A DNA stretch of 39,271 bases from Pseudomonadota bacterium (GCA_043818055.1 JBDRGF010000126.1:1-39271); one strand, 5' to 3'. Shown: positions 8,741-17,775, counted from the stretch's first letter. The notes: generated from the letters alone by a model not told the origin. Translations and numbers: made by a program.

Positions 8741-9403
8741 TTAGGAATTGTTAAATTTTTTGATTAGTTTCTGAGTTGTGGATATGTGCCCAAACCCATG
8801 AGCCATCGCTCTCAATGATGCCAAGTGCATATCAAAATTCTTCGTGGCTGTAGCATCGCTTATGATGATAGGTCTATAACCTTTTATAAAACCGATTCGA
8901 GCTGTTGTCTCTACACAGAGGTGAGTCATTACGCCACAGATTATGATGTCTTTTGTTTCATTATCTTTAAGCAGTTTATTGAGCTCGGTATTTTCAAAGG
9001 CGCTGTAATGTTCCTTCTGTATAATGTTTATGTTTTTACCAGCTGCTAGCGCTGCGTCCCGCCGCATGGCTGGGGACAAGCGACTAGCGACTGCTTTTAT
9101 GATTTCAGATTGCGGATTATCCTCATACAATAGATCACCATTCCAAAATCGATGCATGCTTCCCCTTGGAGAATCCTTTTTGTGAGCATGACGGGTGAAA
9201 ATGACAGGCAAATCTTTAGAGTTGAAATGATCGATCAACTCAACGACATTTGGAATGATCGCTGCAGAATCCTTGAGGTATGCTTCTCCATCAGGGTCGA
9301 TGAAGTAGTTCTGCATGTCGATAACCAGCAAGGCAGGTCTGTTAAGCCCTCCCAGTGGGTGCTGTTTTGAATATCCTTCTATCTCATGCAACATGCGACC
9401 CAT
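8741..9403 (-). CDS. Isochorismatase-family cysteine hydrolase
   Basis: LLVIDMQNYF, K..YSAF and GVMTHLCVETTAR (D-K-C triad). Start at 9403 follows SD GGGGGA. Confidence 0.9.
   Translation of the reverse strand: MGRMLHEIEGYSKQHPLGGLNRPALLVIDMQNYFIDPDGEAYLKDSAAIIPNVVELIDHFNSKDLPVIFTRHAHKKDSPRGSMHRFWNGDLLYEDNPQSEIIKAVASRLSPAMRRDAALAAGKNINIIQKEHYSAFENTELNKLLKDNETKDIIICGVMTHLCVETTARIGFIKGYRPIIISDATATKNFDMHLASLRAMAHGFGHISTTQKLIKKFNNS
9045..9088. repeat. GC-rich palindromic insertion inside the isochorismatase gene
   Basis: Nested pairs GCTAG/CTAGC, CGCT/AGCG, GTCCC/GGGAC and GCC/GGC. Encodes part of ASRLSPAMRRDAALA. Confidence 0.65.
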
Positions 9404-9488
9404 ATCCCCCTTAAAGTTGGAGTTGTCAACTGGGGGAACGTATAGTAAGAGGCACCGAGTATGCTGAAAACTAAAAAAAGGGGGCCTT

Positions 9489-10247
9489 ATGCAATTACCA
9501 TTTTCTATCCATACATCTCTTATCATCGGTTTTATTGTTCTCTATCTTCTATCATGCATAAAGATTTTGAGGGAGTACGAAAGGGGAGTGATCTTTCGTT
9601 TGGGGCGTTTGCTCAAAAAACCGAAAGGACCCGGCATTATATTCGTTTTCAAGCCGGTCGATAAGATGGTCAGGGTTGGTTTGCGTTTGATCGCTCTCGA
9701 TGTGCCACCTCAGGATATCATCACCCGCGACAACGTCTCTGTTCAGGTAAATGCGGTCGTCTATTTCAAGGTGATGGATGCAAATAAAGCGATAGCGGAG
9801 GTTGAAAATTATAGCTATGTGACATCTCAGATGGCTCAGACTACACTGAGAAGTGTGATTGGTGAGAGGGAGCTCGATGAGCTTCTCTCTAAACGGGACT
9901 CTATAAATGCTCAGATCCGTGAGATTCTCGATAAGCAGACAGATCCTTGGGGAATCAAGGTCTCCAATGTTGAAGTTAAGCATGTCGATATAACCGAGGA
10001 GTTGAAGAGGGCGATGGCGCGGCAGGCTGAAGCGGAGAGGGAGCGTCGTGCGAAGGTCATCAATGCTGAGGGGGAGTTTCAAGCAGCTACAAAGCTCGTT
10101 GAGGCTGCAAAGATTATGGAGGGGCACCCGATGGCACTTCAGATGCGCTATTTGCAAACTTTGGTTGAAGTGGCTAGCGAAAATAACACAACGACACTGT
10201 TTCCGATTCCGATCGATCTTCTACAACCATTTTTGCAAAAGAAGTGA
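9489..10247 (+). CDS. SPFH/band 7 (stomatin/slipin) family protein
   Basis: N-terminal [21 protein letters not shown] and [15 protein letters not shown]. Confidence 0.95.
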   Translation: MQLPFSIHTSLIIGFIVLYLLSCIKILREYERGVIFRLGRLLKKPKGPGIIFVFKPVDKMVRVGLRLIALDVPPQDIITRDNVSVQVNAVVYFKVMDANKAIAEVENYSYVTSQMAQTTLRSVIGERELDELLSKRDSINAQIREILDKQTDPWGIKVSNVEVKHVDITEELKRAMARQAEAERERRAKVINAEGEFQAATKLVEAAKIMEGHPMALQMRYLQTLVEVASENNTTTLFPIPIDLLQPFLQKK

Positions 10248-10270
10248 TCTCTTTTTATGAATTGTTTATT

Positions 10271-10298
10271 TTGAAATCTGAAATCTCAAATTTGAAAT
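10271..10298. repeat. 7-bp tandem array
   Basis: TTGAAAT CTGAAAT CTCAAAT TTGAAAT. Confidence 0.7.
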
Positions 10299-10313
10299 TG
10301 TGCGGAGGCACCC

Positions 10314-11237
10314 ATGTCAGACAACGTTAGAAATGTAATCATCGTCGGTTCAGGGCCAGCGGGGTTAACCGCTGGGATCTATGCGGCCAGGGCCGAGTTA
10401 AAGCCGCTTCTCATCGCCGGTTTAAAACCGGGTGGGCAGTTAACCATTACAAATGATGTCGAAAACTTTCCAGGTTTTGTCGATCCTATAAGTGGACCTG
10501 CTCTTATGGAGAATATGAGAAAACAGGCTGAGCGTCTGGGTGTTGAGATGTTAGATGCATCTGTCGAAGAGGTGAATTTTTCCTCTCGTCCCTTTATCTT
10601 AACGACGAACAAGGGTGAATTTAAGTCGAAGGCTGTTATAGTTTCAACCGGCTCCTATGCTAGCTGGATCGGTTTGGAGTCTGAGCAGCGTCTCATAGGT
10701 AGAGGAGTTTCAGGTTGTGCAACATGTGATGGTTTTTTCTATAAGGATCAAGAGGTGGTCGTTGTTGGTGGTGGCGATACCGCGATGGAGGATGCAGACT
10801 TTTTGACACGTTTTGCGTCGAAGGTGACGATTGTTCATCGAAGAGAGCAGCTTCGTGCTTCTCAGATTTTACAGAACAGGACTTTCAGAAATCCAAAGAT
10901 CGAATTTGCATGGAACTCTATCGTTAAGGAGATTGTTGGTAAGGATCAGGTAGAGGGAGTGTTACTTGAAAATGTGAAGACCAAGGAGGAGAGTCAAATC
11001 TTCTGTCAGGGTGTCTTCGTTGCTATAGGTCATAAGCCGAACACAGAGATCTTCAAGGGACAGCTCGATATAGATGATGATGGTTATATTATCACTAAAA
11101 AGTCTACGATGGAGACATCGATTCCTGGCATCTTTGCAGCGGGTGACTGTCAGGATAAGGAATATAGACAGGCGATTCTCTCCGCCGGCACCGGTTGCAT
11201 GGCTGCGATTGACGCCGATAGGTTCTTATGTTGCTAG
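10314..11237 (+). CDS. trxB: Thioredoxin-disulfide reductase
   Basis: GSGPAG, GRGVSGCATCDGFF, GGGDTA, HRR and FAAGD. Confidence 0.96.
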   Translation: MSDNVRNVIIVGSGPAGLTAGIYAARAELKPLLIAGLKPGGQLTITNDVENFPGFVDPISGPALMENMRKQAERLGVEMLDASVEEVNFSSRPFILTTNKGEFKSKAVIVSTGSYASWIGLESEQRLIGRGVSGCATCDGFFYKDQEVVVVGGGDTAMEDADFLTRFASKVTIVHRREQLRASQILQNRTFRNPKIEFAWNSIVKEIVGKDQVEGVLLENVKTKEESQIFCQGVFVAIGHKPNTEIFKGQLDIDDDGYIITKKSTMETSIPGIFAAGDCQDKEYRQAILSAGTGCMAAIDADRFLCC

Positions 11238-12391
11238 AGTTAAGATGCAAAAAACAAGCATGCTTTTCTCCCTTTCCCCATTTGTTATTCCGGGCCCTAT
11301 TGTTATCCCTATCCCATTTGTCATTTCCGCCCTTTTTGTCATCCCTGCGCAGGCAGGGATCCAGGGCTTTAAATTTTATATGGATTCCCATCATTTTTTT
11401 ATTATTTGTTTCTTTTTCGACTCCTCTTTATGCAAAAGATTACAATCATTTCGGCCCGATCGGTGTGCGAATACAAAACCCGCTTTATTTACAAAACTTA
11501 GGCCTTACTCCTAGACGCGCTCAAACTCTCAAGAAGAGGCAATTAGAAGTTTATGGTGATTCCTCATACTCGAACATGTTTGAGACGGGCATGAATAATA
11601 ATAATGAATTGTGGCTCGATATGGAACTGTGGCGAATCGGTTTCAATGTCAATTACGGTTTGAGCGATGATTTCGAGGTCGGTTTGGAGCTTCCCTTCTA
11701 TCATATGTGGGGTGGTTTTTTGGATGGTTTTATCGAGGACTTTCACAAGGCATTCGGCTTTCCAAACGGAGGCCGGGAGCGTTTTCCGAAGAATCAGTAT
11801 CACTATTACTATAAGAGACGTGGTGTTGATATCTTCAACTATCCTTCTCAGATGTTCTCGGTTGGCGATCTGAAACTTTCACTCAAGAATAAAATTGTCG
11901 ATGAGACTCGACTGAAACCTCTCATCTCCTGGTTTGCAGAATTAAAATTCCCCACGGGTGATGAGGGTGCAGGTATTAGTAATGGAGAGCTCGATTTTGG
12001 CCTCGGTGTTGCTCTTCAGAAGAGCTATAAAAGATTTCATACATATTTTAACGCGGAGTATATTGTGAGTGGGGGTAACTCCAAATTTGGTACCGATGTG
12101 CACATTCAAAACTTAGCATACATGATCGCATTTGAGTTGACGATCTTGCCAACCTGGTCGGCGATTCTACAGCTCAACGGTGCAACACCTCTATATTCAG
12201 GGACTGGTATGAAGGAATTCGAAGGAGTACCGCTCGATCTTGTTGTAGGTTTTAGAGGTGAGGAGCCAGGACTTATCAAGGGTAACGATCTCTTCTGGCA
12301 ATTTGGTTTCACAGAGGATATTCTCTCCGACGGCCCCTCAGTCGATTTCACCGTCTTCATGTCGCTCGGATTTCGATTTAACTCTCTTTGA
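11228..12391 (+). CDS. Exported outer-membrane beta-barrel-like protein (DUF3187-like); start uncertain
   Basis: Signal-like IIFLLFVSFSTPLYA; GGFLDGFIEDFHKAFGFPNGGR; LKFPTGD; aromatic C-terminus. The N-terminus runs through a repeat array. Confidence 0.7.
   Translation: MLLELRCKKQACFSPFPHLLFRALLLSLSHLSFPPFLSSLRRQGSRALNFIWIPIIFLLFVSFSTPLYAKDYNHFGPIGVRIQNPLYLQNLGLTPRRAQTLKKRQLEVYGDSSYSNMFETGMNNNNELWLDMELWRIGFNVNYGLSDDFEVGLELPFYHMWGGFLDGFIEDFHKAFGFPNGGRERFPKNQYHYYYKRRGVDIFNYPSQMFSVGDLKLSLKNKIVDETRLKPLISWFAELKFPTGDEGAGISNGELDFGLGVALQKSYKRFHTYFNAEYIVSGGNSKFGTDVHIQNLAYMIAFELTILPTWSAILQLNGATPLYSGTGMKEFEGVPLDLVVGFRGEEPGLIKGNDLFWQFGFTEDILSDGPSVDFTVFMSLGFRFNSL
11282..11390. repeat. REP-like GTCATCCCTGCGCAGGCAGGGATCCAG with three upstream 18-bp degenerate tandem copies and a partial inverted partner
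   Basis: TTGT(T/C)AT anchors at 11282, 11300, 11318 and 11336; TGGATTCCC at 11381. Confidence 0.75.
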
Positions 12392-13399
12392 TATAGGAAT
12401 GATCGCATCTTCCAACAATTCTTGTTCTAATTCTCCCTGCCATGTTTTGAGCGACGACGTTGGCTTGGTACCCGGGGAGACGAAAAGTTTGATTGATGCA
12501 TCAAAGTTGCCCCGCACTTTGTTGAGGAAAATATGGTGAGCTTGATCGAGATCAAATTCATGAGTAATGCCTGTTTCTAAGGCCTCTGAATTGTAGGAGA
12601 AAGGCTTTGCTGAAGATAGGGTGCTGTGAAATTTGCCCTTCACTTTCAATGTGACAGAGCTTTTCTCAGGGTGCATGCCGATGCTAATGTTGGTTACATC
12701 TTCTAAAAGCATTTTTGCCACTTCTGGATCAAGCTCTCTCACAATTTTACATACATCCCGTCGTTTTTCACCACATGTCGATATTGGATGAAGCGCATAG
12801 TTTCTAAATGAGAAAATATTTCTTTCCTCAACAAAGAGCTGGACGATCAACCAGGCGGCTTTATTCCATTGCAACATCGGAAGGGCGATGGAGAATGGAT
12901 TATCCATGTTGGTTTTGTCATTTGGAATTTGATAGTGATAAGGCAAACCGTAATCGCTGAAAGTATCTATTGTGGGCGAGAAACATAAAATGCCTCCCCT
13001 AGTGCATATGTCGGTAACAATCTTAAAACCTCCCTCATTGTTATCAGCCGAAATCTCTCCGCAGTTTAAAAGTGTCTCTTGTGAAAATGACGTTGGGTCT
13101 TTATTTAGAACGCCGGGAACGATCCTTCGATCGATGTGCAGAAGTCGCCCTTGTGTTTCAGGATTGCTAACAGGACTCAGTCCCGGTAAGAGCCCGGTCT
13201 CGGTCGTCTGATTACCATCGGTATAACACTCAGAGTAGGGTAGGATCTGTGCCACAACATTCGTGAGGTCAGCATTGTCGGATATCGGGGATAGGCTATA
13301 GCGTGTCGGATTCCTTTTTATCTGTTTCGTATCTGCCGCTTGAGTATGAGAATGAATGATGCTTCTTCCCCAATTTCTGATTCGACTAGATAGTGACAT
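12338..13399 (-). CDS. Hypothetical protein (353 aa)
   Basis: Long ORF with SD GGAGG. Overlaps the convergent ORF by 54 bp. No recognisable domain. Confidence 0.75.
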   Translation of the reverse strand: MSLSSRIRNWGRSIIHSHTQAADTKQIKRNPTRYSLSPISDNADLTNVVAQILPYSECYTDGNQTTETGLLPGLSPVSNPETQGRLLHIDRRIVPGVLNKDPTSFSQETLLNCGEISADNNEGGFKIVTDICTRGGILCFSPTIDTFSDYGLPYHYQIPNDKTNMDNPFSIALPMLQWNKAAWLIVQLFVEERNIFSFRNYALHPISTCGEKRRDVCKIVRELDPEVAKMLLEDVTNISIGMHPEKSSVTLKVKGKFHSTLSSAKPFSYNSEALETGITHEFDLDQAHHIFLNKVRGNFDASIKLFVSPGTKPTSSLKTWQGELEQELLEDAIIPISKRVKSKSERHEDGEID

Positions 13400-13417
13400 A
13401 TCTTTGCCTCCATACCA

Positions 13418-13445
13418 TTATCGTCACATCCCGCAAAAAGGTTAC
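13418..13445 (-). promoter_or_regulatory. Motif GTAACCT-N14-ACGATAA, candidate alternative-sigma promoter
   Basis: Ends 6 nt before the GGAGG SD of the orphan gene starting at 13399. Confidence 0.6.
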
Positions 13446-13448
13446 TAA

Positions 13449-13482
13449 CAAAAAAACCCTCCATTTCTGAAGGGGTTATTTT
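13449..13482 (-). terminator. Intrinsic terminator of ssb
   Basis: AACCCT...AGGGGTT stem followed by a T-run on the minus strand. Confidence 0.6.
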
Positions 13483-13487
13483 CTTTA

Positions 13488-13519
13488 ACTTAAGCACTTA
13501 AGCTCTTACGCACTTAAAC
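13488..13519. repeat. 8-bp tandem array
   Basis: ACTTAAGC ACTTAAGC TCTTACGC ACTTAAAC. Confidence 0.7.
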
Positions 13520-13526
13520 ACTGCCT

Positions 13527-13946
13527 TTAAAACGGCACATCCGACCCGGTATCAAATCCCGGGTTCGTATCAAAATCAGGTTGGGGAGTGCTTGTTGTTG
13601 TAGTCGTGCTGCTCTGTGCCTTGCTGCCTAAGAACATGACCTGACTTGCGACGATCTTTGTGAAGCGCTTTTTGTTTCCATCCTTATCATCCCACTGATC
13701 TGTCTGAATCCTTCCCTCGACATAAACCTGACGTCCCTTTGCGAGGTAATTAGCACAGGCCTCTGCCTGTCCACCCCAAACTTCAACTTTGTGCCATTCA
13801 GTCTTTTCCTGCAGCTGACCGCTCTTGTCCTTCCATTTGTTCGTAGTGGCGACATTGAAGGTTGTGACGGTTGAGCCCGAGCCTGTGACCTTCTTCTCAG
13901 GATCCGCACCAAGATTGCCGACGATGATAACTTTGTTTACACTCAT
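13527..13946 (-). CDS. ssb: Single-stranded DNA-binding protein
   Basis: SVNKVIIVGNLGADPE, EKTEWH and acidic DVPF tail. Confidence 0.97.
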   Translation of the reverse strand: MSVNKVIIVGNLGADPEKKVTGSGSTVTTFNVATTNKWKDKSGQLQEKTEWHKVEVWGGQAEACANYLAKGRQVYVEGRIQTDQWDDKDGNKKRFTKIVASQVMFLGSKAQSSTTTTTSTPQPDFDTNPGFDTGSDVPF

Positions 13947-13968
13947 AATCTCTCCTTTGTTATTCCTT

Positions 13969-14655
13969 TTATCTATCCGCTAATTTAGTTCTCAATTTTT
14001 TTTCTTTCGAGAGCCAGAAGATATAAGAGCTGTTATTCCTCCACGCTGGCGTCAACGTCTGTGCACTGGTCAGCGCTTCGAGAGCCTCTCTGATCTTTCC
14101 CTGGGCGAGCAGATTCTCCGATAAAAGTAGATGATTTTCAGGATAATCGGCCGCTATTCTAACAGACTCCCTCAAATACTTTTCAGCCTTACTGAGATCC
14201 CTAACGATGTCGTCGGCGTTCAGGGCAGTTCTGGGAAGTTTTGTGAAAAGTTCGCCCAGTATCCTGTAAGCCCCGCCGTAGTCATATCTTTCATCGAGAT
14301 CAATTACTTTATTGCAATCGGCGATCATCTCTTTGATTCCCTTTTGATATCCGATGACCTTAGCCTCGTAGTAAAGGCCTGTGTTGACGGCGTGCCAATA
14401 GTAGCATCCCGGCTCTTCAGGCGCATTCATAACGCATCTCAATGCTATTGCTATTCCCTCTTTTGTGATGTCCATTTTTTCGGAGCGTTTGTCTGTCTGA
14501 TTTGCCTTTGTTGCTAAACTTTTAGCTTCATTTACCAGTTGGTTGATACTCCAGGATCGGGATTGTTCATTTATGCTCCCTGATGTGGTGCTCTTGCAGG
14601 AGGGCAGAAGAAAAAGTATCGACAAAATAAAGAGTTTTGTTTTGAGTGATTTCAT
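13969..14655 (-). CDS. TPR-like lipoprotein
   Basis: Lipobox LLPSC. Helical TPR-like repeats (YGGAYRILGELF, AEKYLRESVRIAADYPENHL). Confidence 0.75.
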   Translation of the reverse strand: MKSLKTKLFILSILFLLPSCKSTTSGSINEQSRSWSINQLVNEAKSLATKANQTDKRSEKMDITKEGIAIALRCVMNAPEEPGCYYWHAVNTGLYYEAKVIGYQKGIKEMIADCNKVIDLDERYDYGGAYRILGELFTKLPRTALNADDIVRDLSKAEKYLRESVRIAADYPENHLLLSENLLAQGKIREALEALTSAQTLTPAWRNNSSYIFWLSKEKKLRTKLADR

Positions 14656-14677
14656 AAATTTTATAATTTTGGATCTG

Positions 14678-14749
14678 AGGCGGCGACCGGATTCGAACCG
14701 GTGAATAAAGGTTTTGCAGACCTTCGCCTTACCACTTGGCCACGCCGCC
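14678..14749 (-). tRNA. tRNA-Cys(GCA), CCA not encoded
   Basis: GGCGGCG acceptor stem, anticodon loop CTGCAAA, T-loop TTCGAAT, U73 discriminator. Confidence 0.95.
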
Positions 14750-14843
14750 TAATTTCGAGCTCGCTACCATGATGGGAGGGCTTAGTCAAGCCATACAAAG
14801 ATGCTTGTCATTCTGGGTGAAATTAGATATGCAGCTTAAAAAG

Positions 14844-14907
14844 TCATCAGTGTTCAGTTTTCAGTTCTTTTTATTAGAGGCTGATAGCTGACAGCCGATA
14901 ACTGATA
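14844..14907. repeat. Inverted pair of 7-bp arrays upstream of tRNA-Leu
   Basis: TCATCAG TGTTCAG TTTTCAG ... GCTGATA GCTGACA GCCGATA ACTGATA. Confidence 0.7.
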
Positions 14908-14915
14908 GCTTTACA

Positions 14916-15001
14916 GGGACAGTGGCGGAATGGCATACGCACAGCACTTAAAATGCTGCGGCCTTAAGGCCTTGAGGGTTCGAATCCCTCCTGTCCCACC
15001 A
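14916..15001 (+). tRNA. tRNA-Leu(TAA)
   Basis: GGGACAG/CTGTCCC acceptor stem, loop CTTAAAA, long variable arm, ACCA end. Confidence 0.96.
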
Positions 15002-15078
15002 GCCTTCGCTCCGAAGCTTAATAGCGAAGGCGGGCTAAACAGTTACAACAAACAAATGAGCTACGGCTCGGCAGGCCA
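15002..15078. repeat. Palindromic REP/MITE-like element directly after tRNA-Leu
   Basis: GCCTTCGCT...AGCGAAGGC stem plus GAGCTACGGCTCGGCAGGCC. Related to 22451-22485. Confidence 0.55.
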
Positions 15079-15108
15079 GTAGAATTTCAAGGACATGGAG
15101 AGTTTTAG

Positions 15109-15765
15109 ATGCCTGGTTTCGACAAAGATTTCTTTCTGAACTTTATCATCGAAAACAATGTCGTTGGCTTTTTTGACGAACCTGTGACTCTCAAATCCGG
15201 GAAAAAATCCAACTGGTATCTCAACTGGAGGACTGTAACGGAGGATGTGTTTTTGTCAGATAAACTCTGCGATTTTCTCCTCTCGTTCATTCAGGATAGC
15301 AATCTCATTCCAGAATGTTTCTACGGTGTGCCTGAGGGTGCGACGAAGCTGGGAATTTTGTCCACATACAAGTGGGCATCTTCGCACAAAGATTATGCCA
15401 AAGGCACTTACCCCCTTTGTATGGGAAGGGGCAAACCCAAGGAACACGGCCTTCCAAAGGATCGATACTTTTTAGGGGAACCGCGCGGCAAGGTGATAAT
15501 TCTGGAAGATGTCACAACGACTGGCGGGTCGCTTATCAATGAGATCACAAAACTTCAAGAGATGGGCGCTGAAATCATCGCTGCGATTTCACTGAGTGAT
15601 CGCGAGATGAGAGATGATGAAGGTTTGAGTGTTACAGAGAAGCTCTCAAAAATGGGGGTCAGGTTTTTGGCATTTAGCCAGGCTCATGAGATTCTTCCGC
15701 TGGCAATTAAAAAGTTGCAACCAGTGATAGAGATTGTTAAATCGATAGAGAAAGAACTTTCTTAA
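15109..15765 (+). CDS. pyrE: Orotate phosphoribosyltransferase-like protein
   Basis: TLKSGKKS, PKEHG and PRPP motif IILEDVTTTGGS. Adjacent to pyrF. Confidence 0.85.
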   Translation: MPGFDKDFFLNFIIENNVVGFFDEPVTLKSGKKSNWYLNWRTVTEDVFLSDKLCDFLLSFIQDSNLIPECFYGVPEGATKLGILSTYKWASSHKDYAKGTYPLCMGRGKPKEHGLPKDRYFLGEPRGKVIILEDVTTTGGSLINEITKLQEMGAEIIAAISLSDREMRDDEGLSVTEKLSKMGVRFLAFSQAHEILPLAIKKLQPVIEIVKSIEKELS

Positions 15766-15785
15766 GCACTTAATTGAGGAACAAT

Positions 15786-16505
15786 ATGATTATAAAACGA
15801 GACCGGTCCATAATTCCCGCATGTGATGTAAGTTTGTCGAGGCTCGAAGAGCTGGCGAAGATAACAGCGAAGATCGATCAGGTTGGCGCCTATAAGCTCG
15901 GTTTTGTGCTCGGATTATCGGTTGGCCTTTCAAAGGCTGTCGAAGTAATACGCCGCTATACGGATAAGCCGATCATCTACGATCATCAGAAGGGGGCGAC
16001 AGACATACCATCTACAGGACAAAAATTTGCGAGTGTGTGCAAGGATGCAGGGATTAACGCTGTCATATTCTTTCCGCAGTCGGGACCTGTGACACAGAGG
16101 GAATGGATAGACGCTGCGAGAAATCAGGGTTTGGGTGTGATCGTCGGAGGCTCGATGACGCATCCCGGGTACAAGTTGAGCGAAGGTGGATACATATCCG
16201 ATGAGGCCATCGATAAAATATATCTCGATGCCGCAAATGAAGGTGTCACAGATTTTGTGATGCCGGGCACGAAACCTGAAGAGATCAGGAGGTTAAGAAA
16301 AATTTTGGAAAACGCTGGTGTGGTTCCGACAATATATTCACCCGGCCTCGGCGCGCAAGGAGGGGACATCGCAAAGGGGCTGGAAGCAGCGGGTAGCAAG
16401 TGGCACCCGATCATCGGACGAGCCATCTATGACGCGCCGGATATTCGAAAAGCGGTCGTGAGATTTGTTGAAGCGCTCGAGGGTGGGAATGAACAGTATT
16501 TGTAA
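15786..16505 (+). CDS. pyrF: Orotidine-5'-phosphate decarboxylase (atypical active-site spacing)
   Basis: IIPACD, YKLG, DHQKGATDIP, SMTHPG, SPGLGAQGG and IIGRAIY. ATG at 15786 follows GAGGA. Confidence 0.85.
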   Translation: MIIKRDRSIIPACDVSLSRLEELAKITAKIDQVGAYKLGFVLGLSVGLSKAVEVIRRYTDKPIIYDHQKGATDIPSTGQKFASVCKDAGINAVIFFPQSGPVTQREWIDAARNQGLGVIVGGSMTHPGYKLSEGGYISDEAIDKIYLDAANEGVTDFVMPGTKPEEIRRLRKILENAGVVPTIYSPGLGAQGGDIAKGLEAAGSKWHPIIGRAIYDAPDIRKAVVRFVEALEGGNEQYL

Positions 16506-16517
16506 TAGGGGGCATTA

Positions 16518-17036
16518 GTGAATAAAAAGATTGAAGTGTTGTTTGACGAAAAGAAGATTGCAAAACGGGTCAAAGAGATTGGCAGTCAGATCGACAAGGA
16601 CTTTCCCGATGGGGATCTTGTAGTCATAGGTGTATTGAAAGGTTCGCTGCTATTCATGGCCGATCTGATCAGGGCGATAAAACGTCCTTTGAGATGTGAT
16701 TTCTTGCGTGTATCGAGTTATCAGAATGATCAAGATACAGGCGTGATTCGCATGGAGTTTGATATCACCCAGTCGATCGAGGGAAAACATGTGTTGCTAG
16801 TTGAGGATATTGTCGATTCGGGCAAAACCTTGAAGCATCTCATCGCTCATATCAAAACAAAGGATCCCGCCTCTTTGAAAGTGGCTTCGCTCTTATACAA
16901 GGACAGGGGAATAGATAACAGGAAGTTAGTTGATTATCTCGGTTTCGATGTGCCTGATCGTTATGTTGTGGGTTATGGGCTTGATTCCCAGGGCCTCTAC
17001 AGATCACTTCCATACATAGGGGTAATAGACAATTAA
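16518..17036 (+). CDS. hpt: Hypoxanthine phosphoribosyltransferase
   Basis: VLKGS, VSSY, LVEDIVDSGKTL and VVGYGLD. Confidence 0.95.
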   Translation: MNKKIEVLFDEKKIAKRVKEIGSQIDKDFPDGDLVVIGVLKGSLLFMADLIRAIKRPLRCDFLRVSSYQNDQDTGVIRMEFDITQSIEGKHVLLVEDIVDSGKTLKHLIAHIKTKDPASLKVASLLYKDRGIDNRKLVDYLGFDVPDRYVVGYGLDSQGLYRSLPYIGVIDN

Positions 17037-17064
17037 CAATAATCAATTTCCAATTAACAATTAA
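17030..17064. repeat. 7-bp tandem array overlapping the hpt stop
   Basis: CAATTAA CAATAAT CAATTTC CAATTAA CAATTAA. Confidence 0.7.
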
Positions 17065-17078
17065 CAAACACCCATTGC

Positions 17079-17711
17079 CTATAAACCATCACCGATCTTC
17101 GAAAGCCGTTCTCTGATCCTGCTTATCACCATCTCGATTGCGACGCTGTTGTAGTCGTGCCATGGGACTATCACATCGGAATGTTCTCTGGAGGGTTCGA
17201 CGAAGGCAAGATGCATTGGGCGGACGGTGCTATAATATTGTTTCACTACTGATTCGATGTCTCGTCCTCTCACATTGATATCCCGCATAAGTCTTCGAAT
17301 GAACCTGATATCCGATGGCGTTTCGACGAATATCTTAATATCCAAAAGATCCCTTAGCTCTTTGTTGTCGAAAATGAGGATTCCCTCTACGATCAACACC
17401 TGTCTCGGTTCGACTGCGATAGTTTCTTTTATTCGTGTGTGAGTGACGAAGTCGTATATAGGTTTTTTGACTATTTTACCCTCTTTAAGGGTTTTTACCT
17501 GTTCTTTGAAGAGGTTGAAGTCGAGTGCGCTGGGATGGTCGAAATTGTGTTTTGCCCTCTTTTCGGAGGCTATGTGTGAGAGGTCTTTGTAAAAGGAATC
17601 CTGCTCAATGCTGGCAATGCGTTCGGCCCCAACCTGATCGATTATTCTCCTGGCGACAGTTGTCTTTCCCGAACCGGTTCCCCCTGCGATGCCAATGACT
17701 AAAACATCCAT
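17079..17711 (-). CDS. udk: Uridine kinase
   Basis: IAGGTGSGKTT, NFDHP, RRLMRD..RGR and VRPMH. Confidence 0.96.
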   Translation of the reverse strand: MDVLVIGIAGGTGSGKTTVARRIIDQVGAERIASIEQDSFYKDLSHIASEKRAKHNFDHPSALDFNLFKEQVKTLKEGKIVKKPIYDFVTHTRIKETIAVEPRQVLIVEGILIFDNKELRDLLDIKIFVETPSDIRFIRRLMRDINVRGRDIESVVKQYYSTVRPMHLAFVEPSREHSDVIVPWHDYNSVAIEMVISRIRERLSKIGDGL

Positions 17712-17775
17712 TTTGACTCCTTGAGATGATTTTTACTCTGATACCTTTATGATGTGACCAAGTCAATCCCCCTTC

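Noticed and set aside
4692..8815. Duplicated gene tail as a DGR template/variable repeat pair
   Set aside because: Mismatches are not confined to adenines, and no reverse transcriptase is present in the window.
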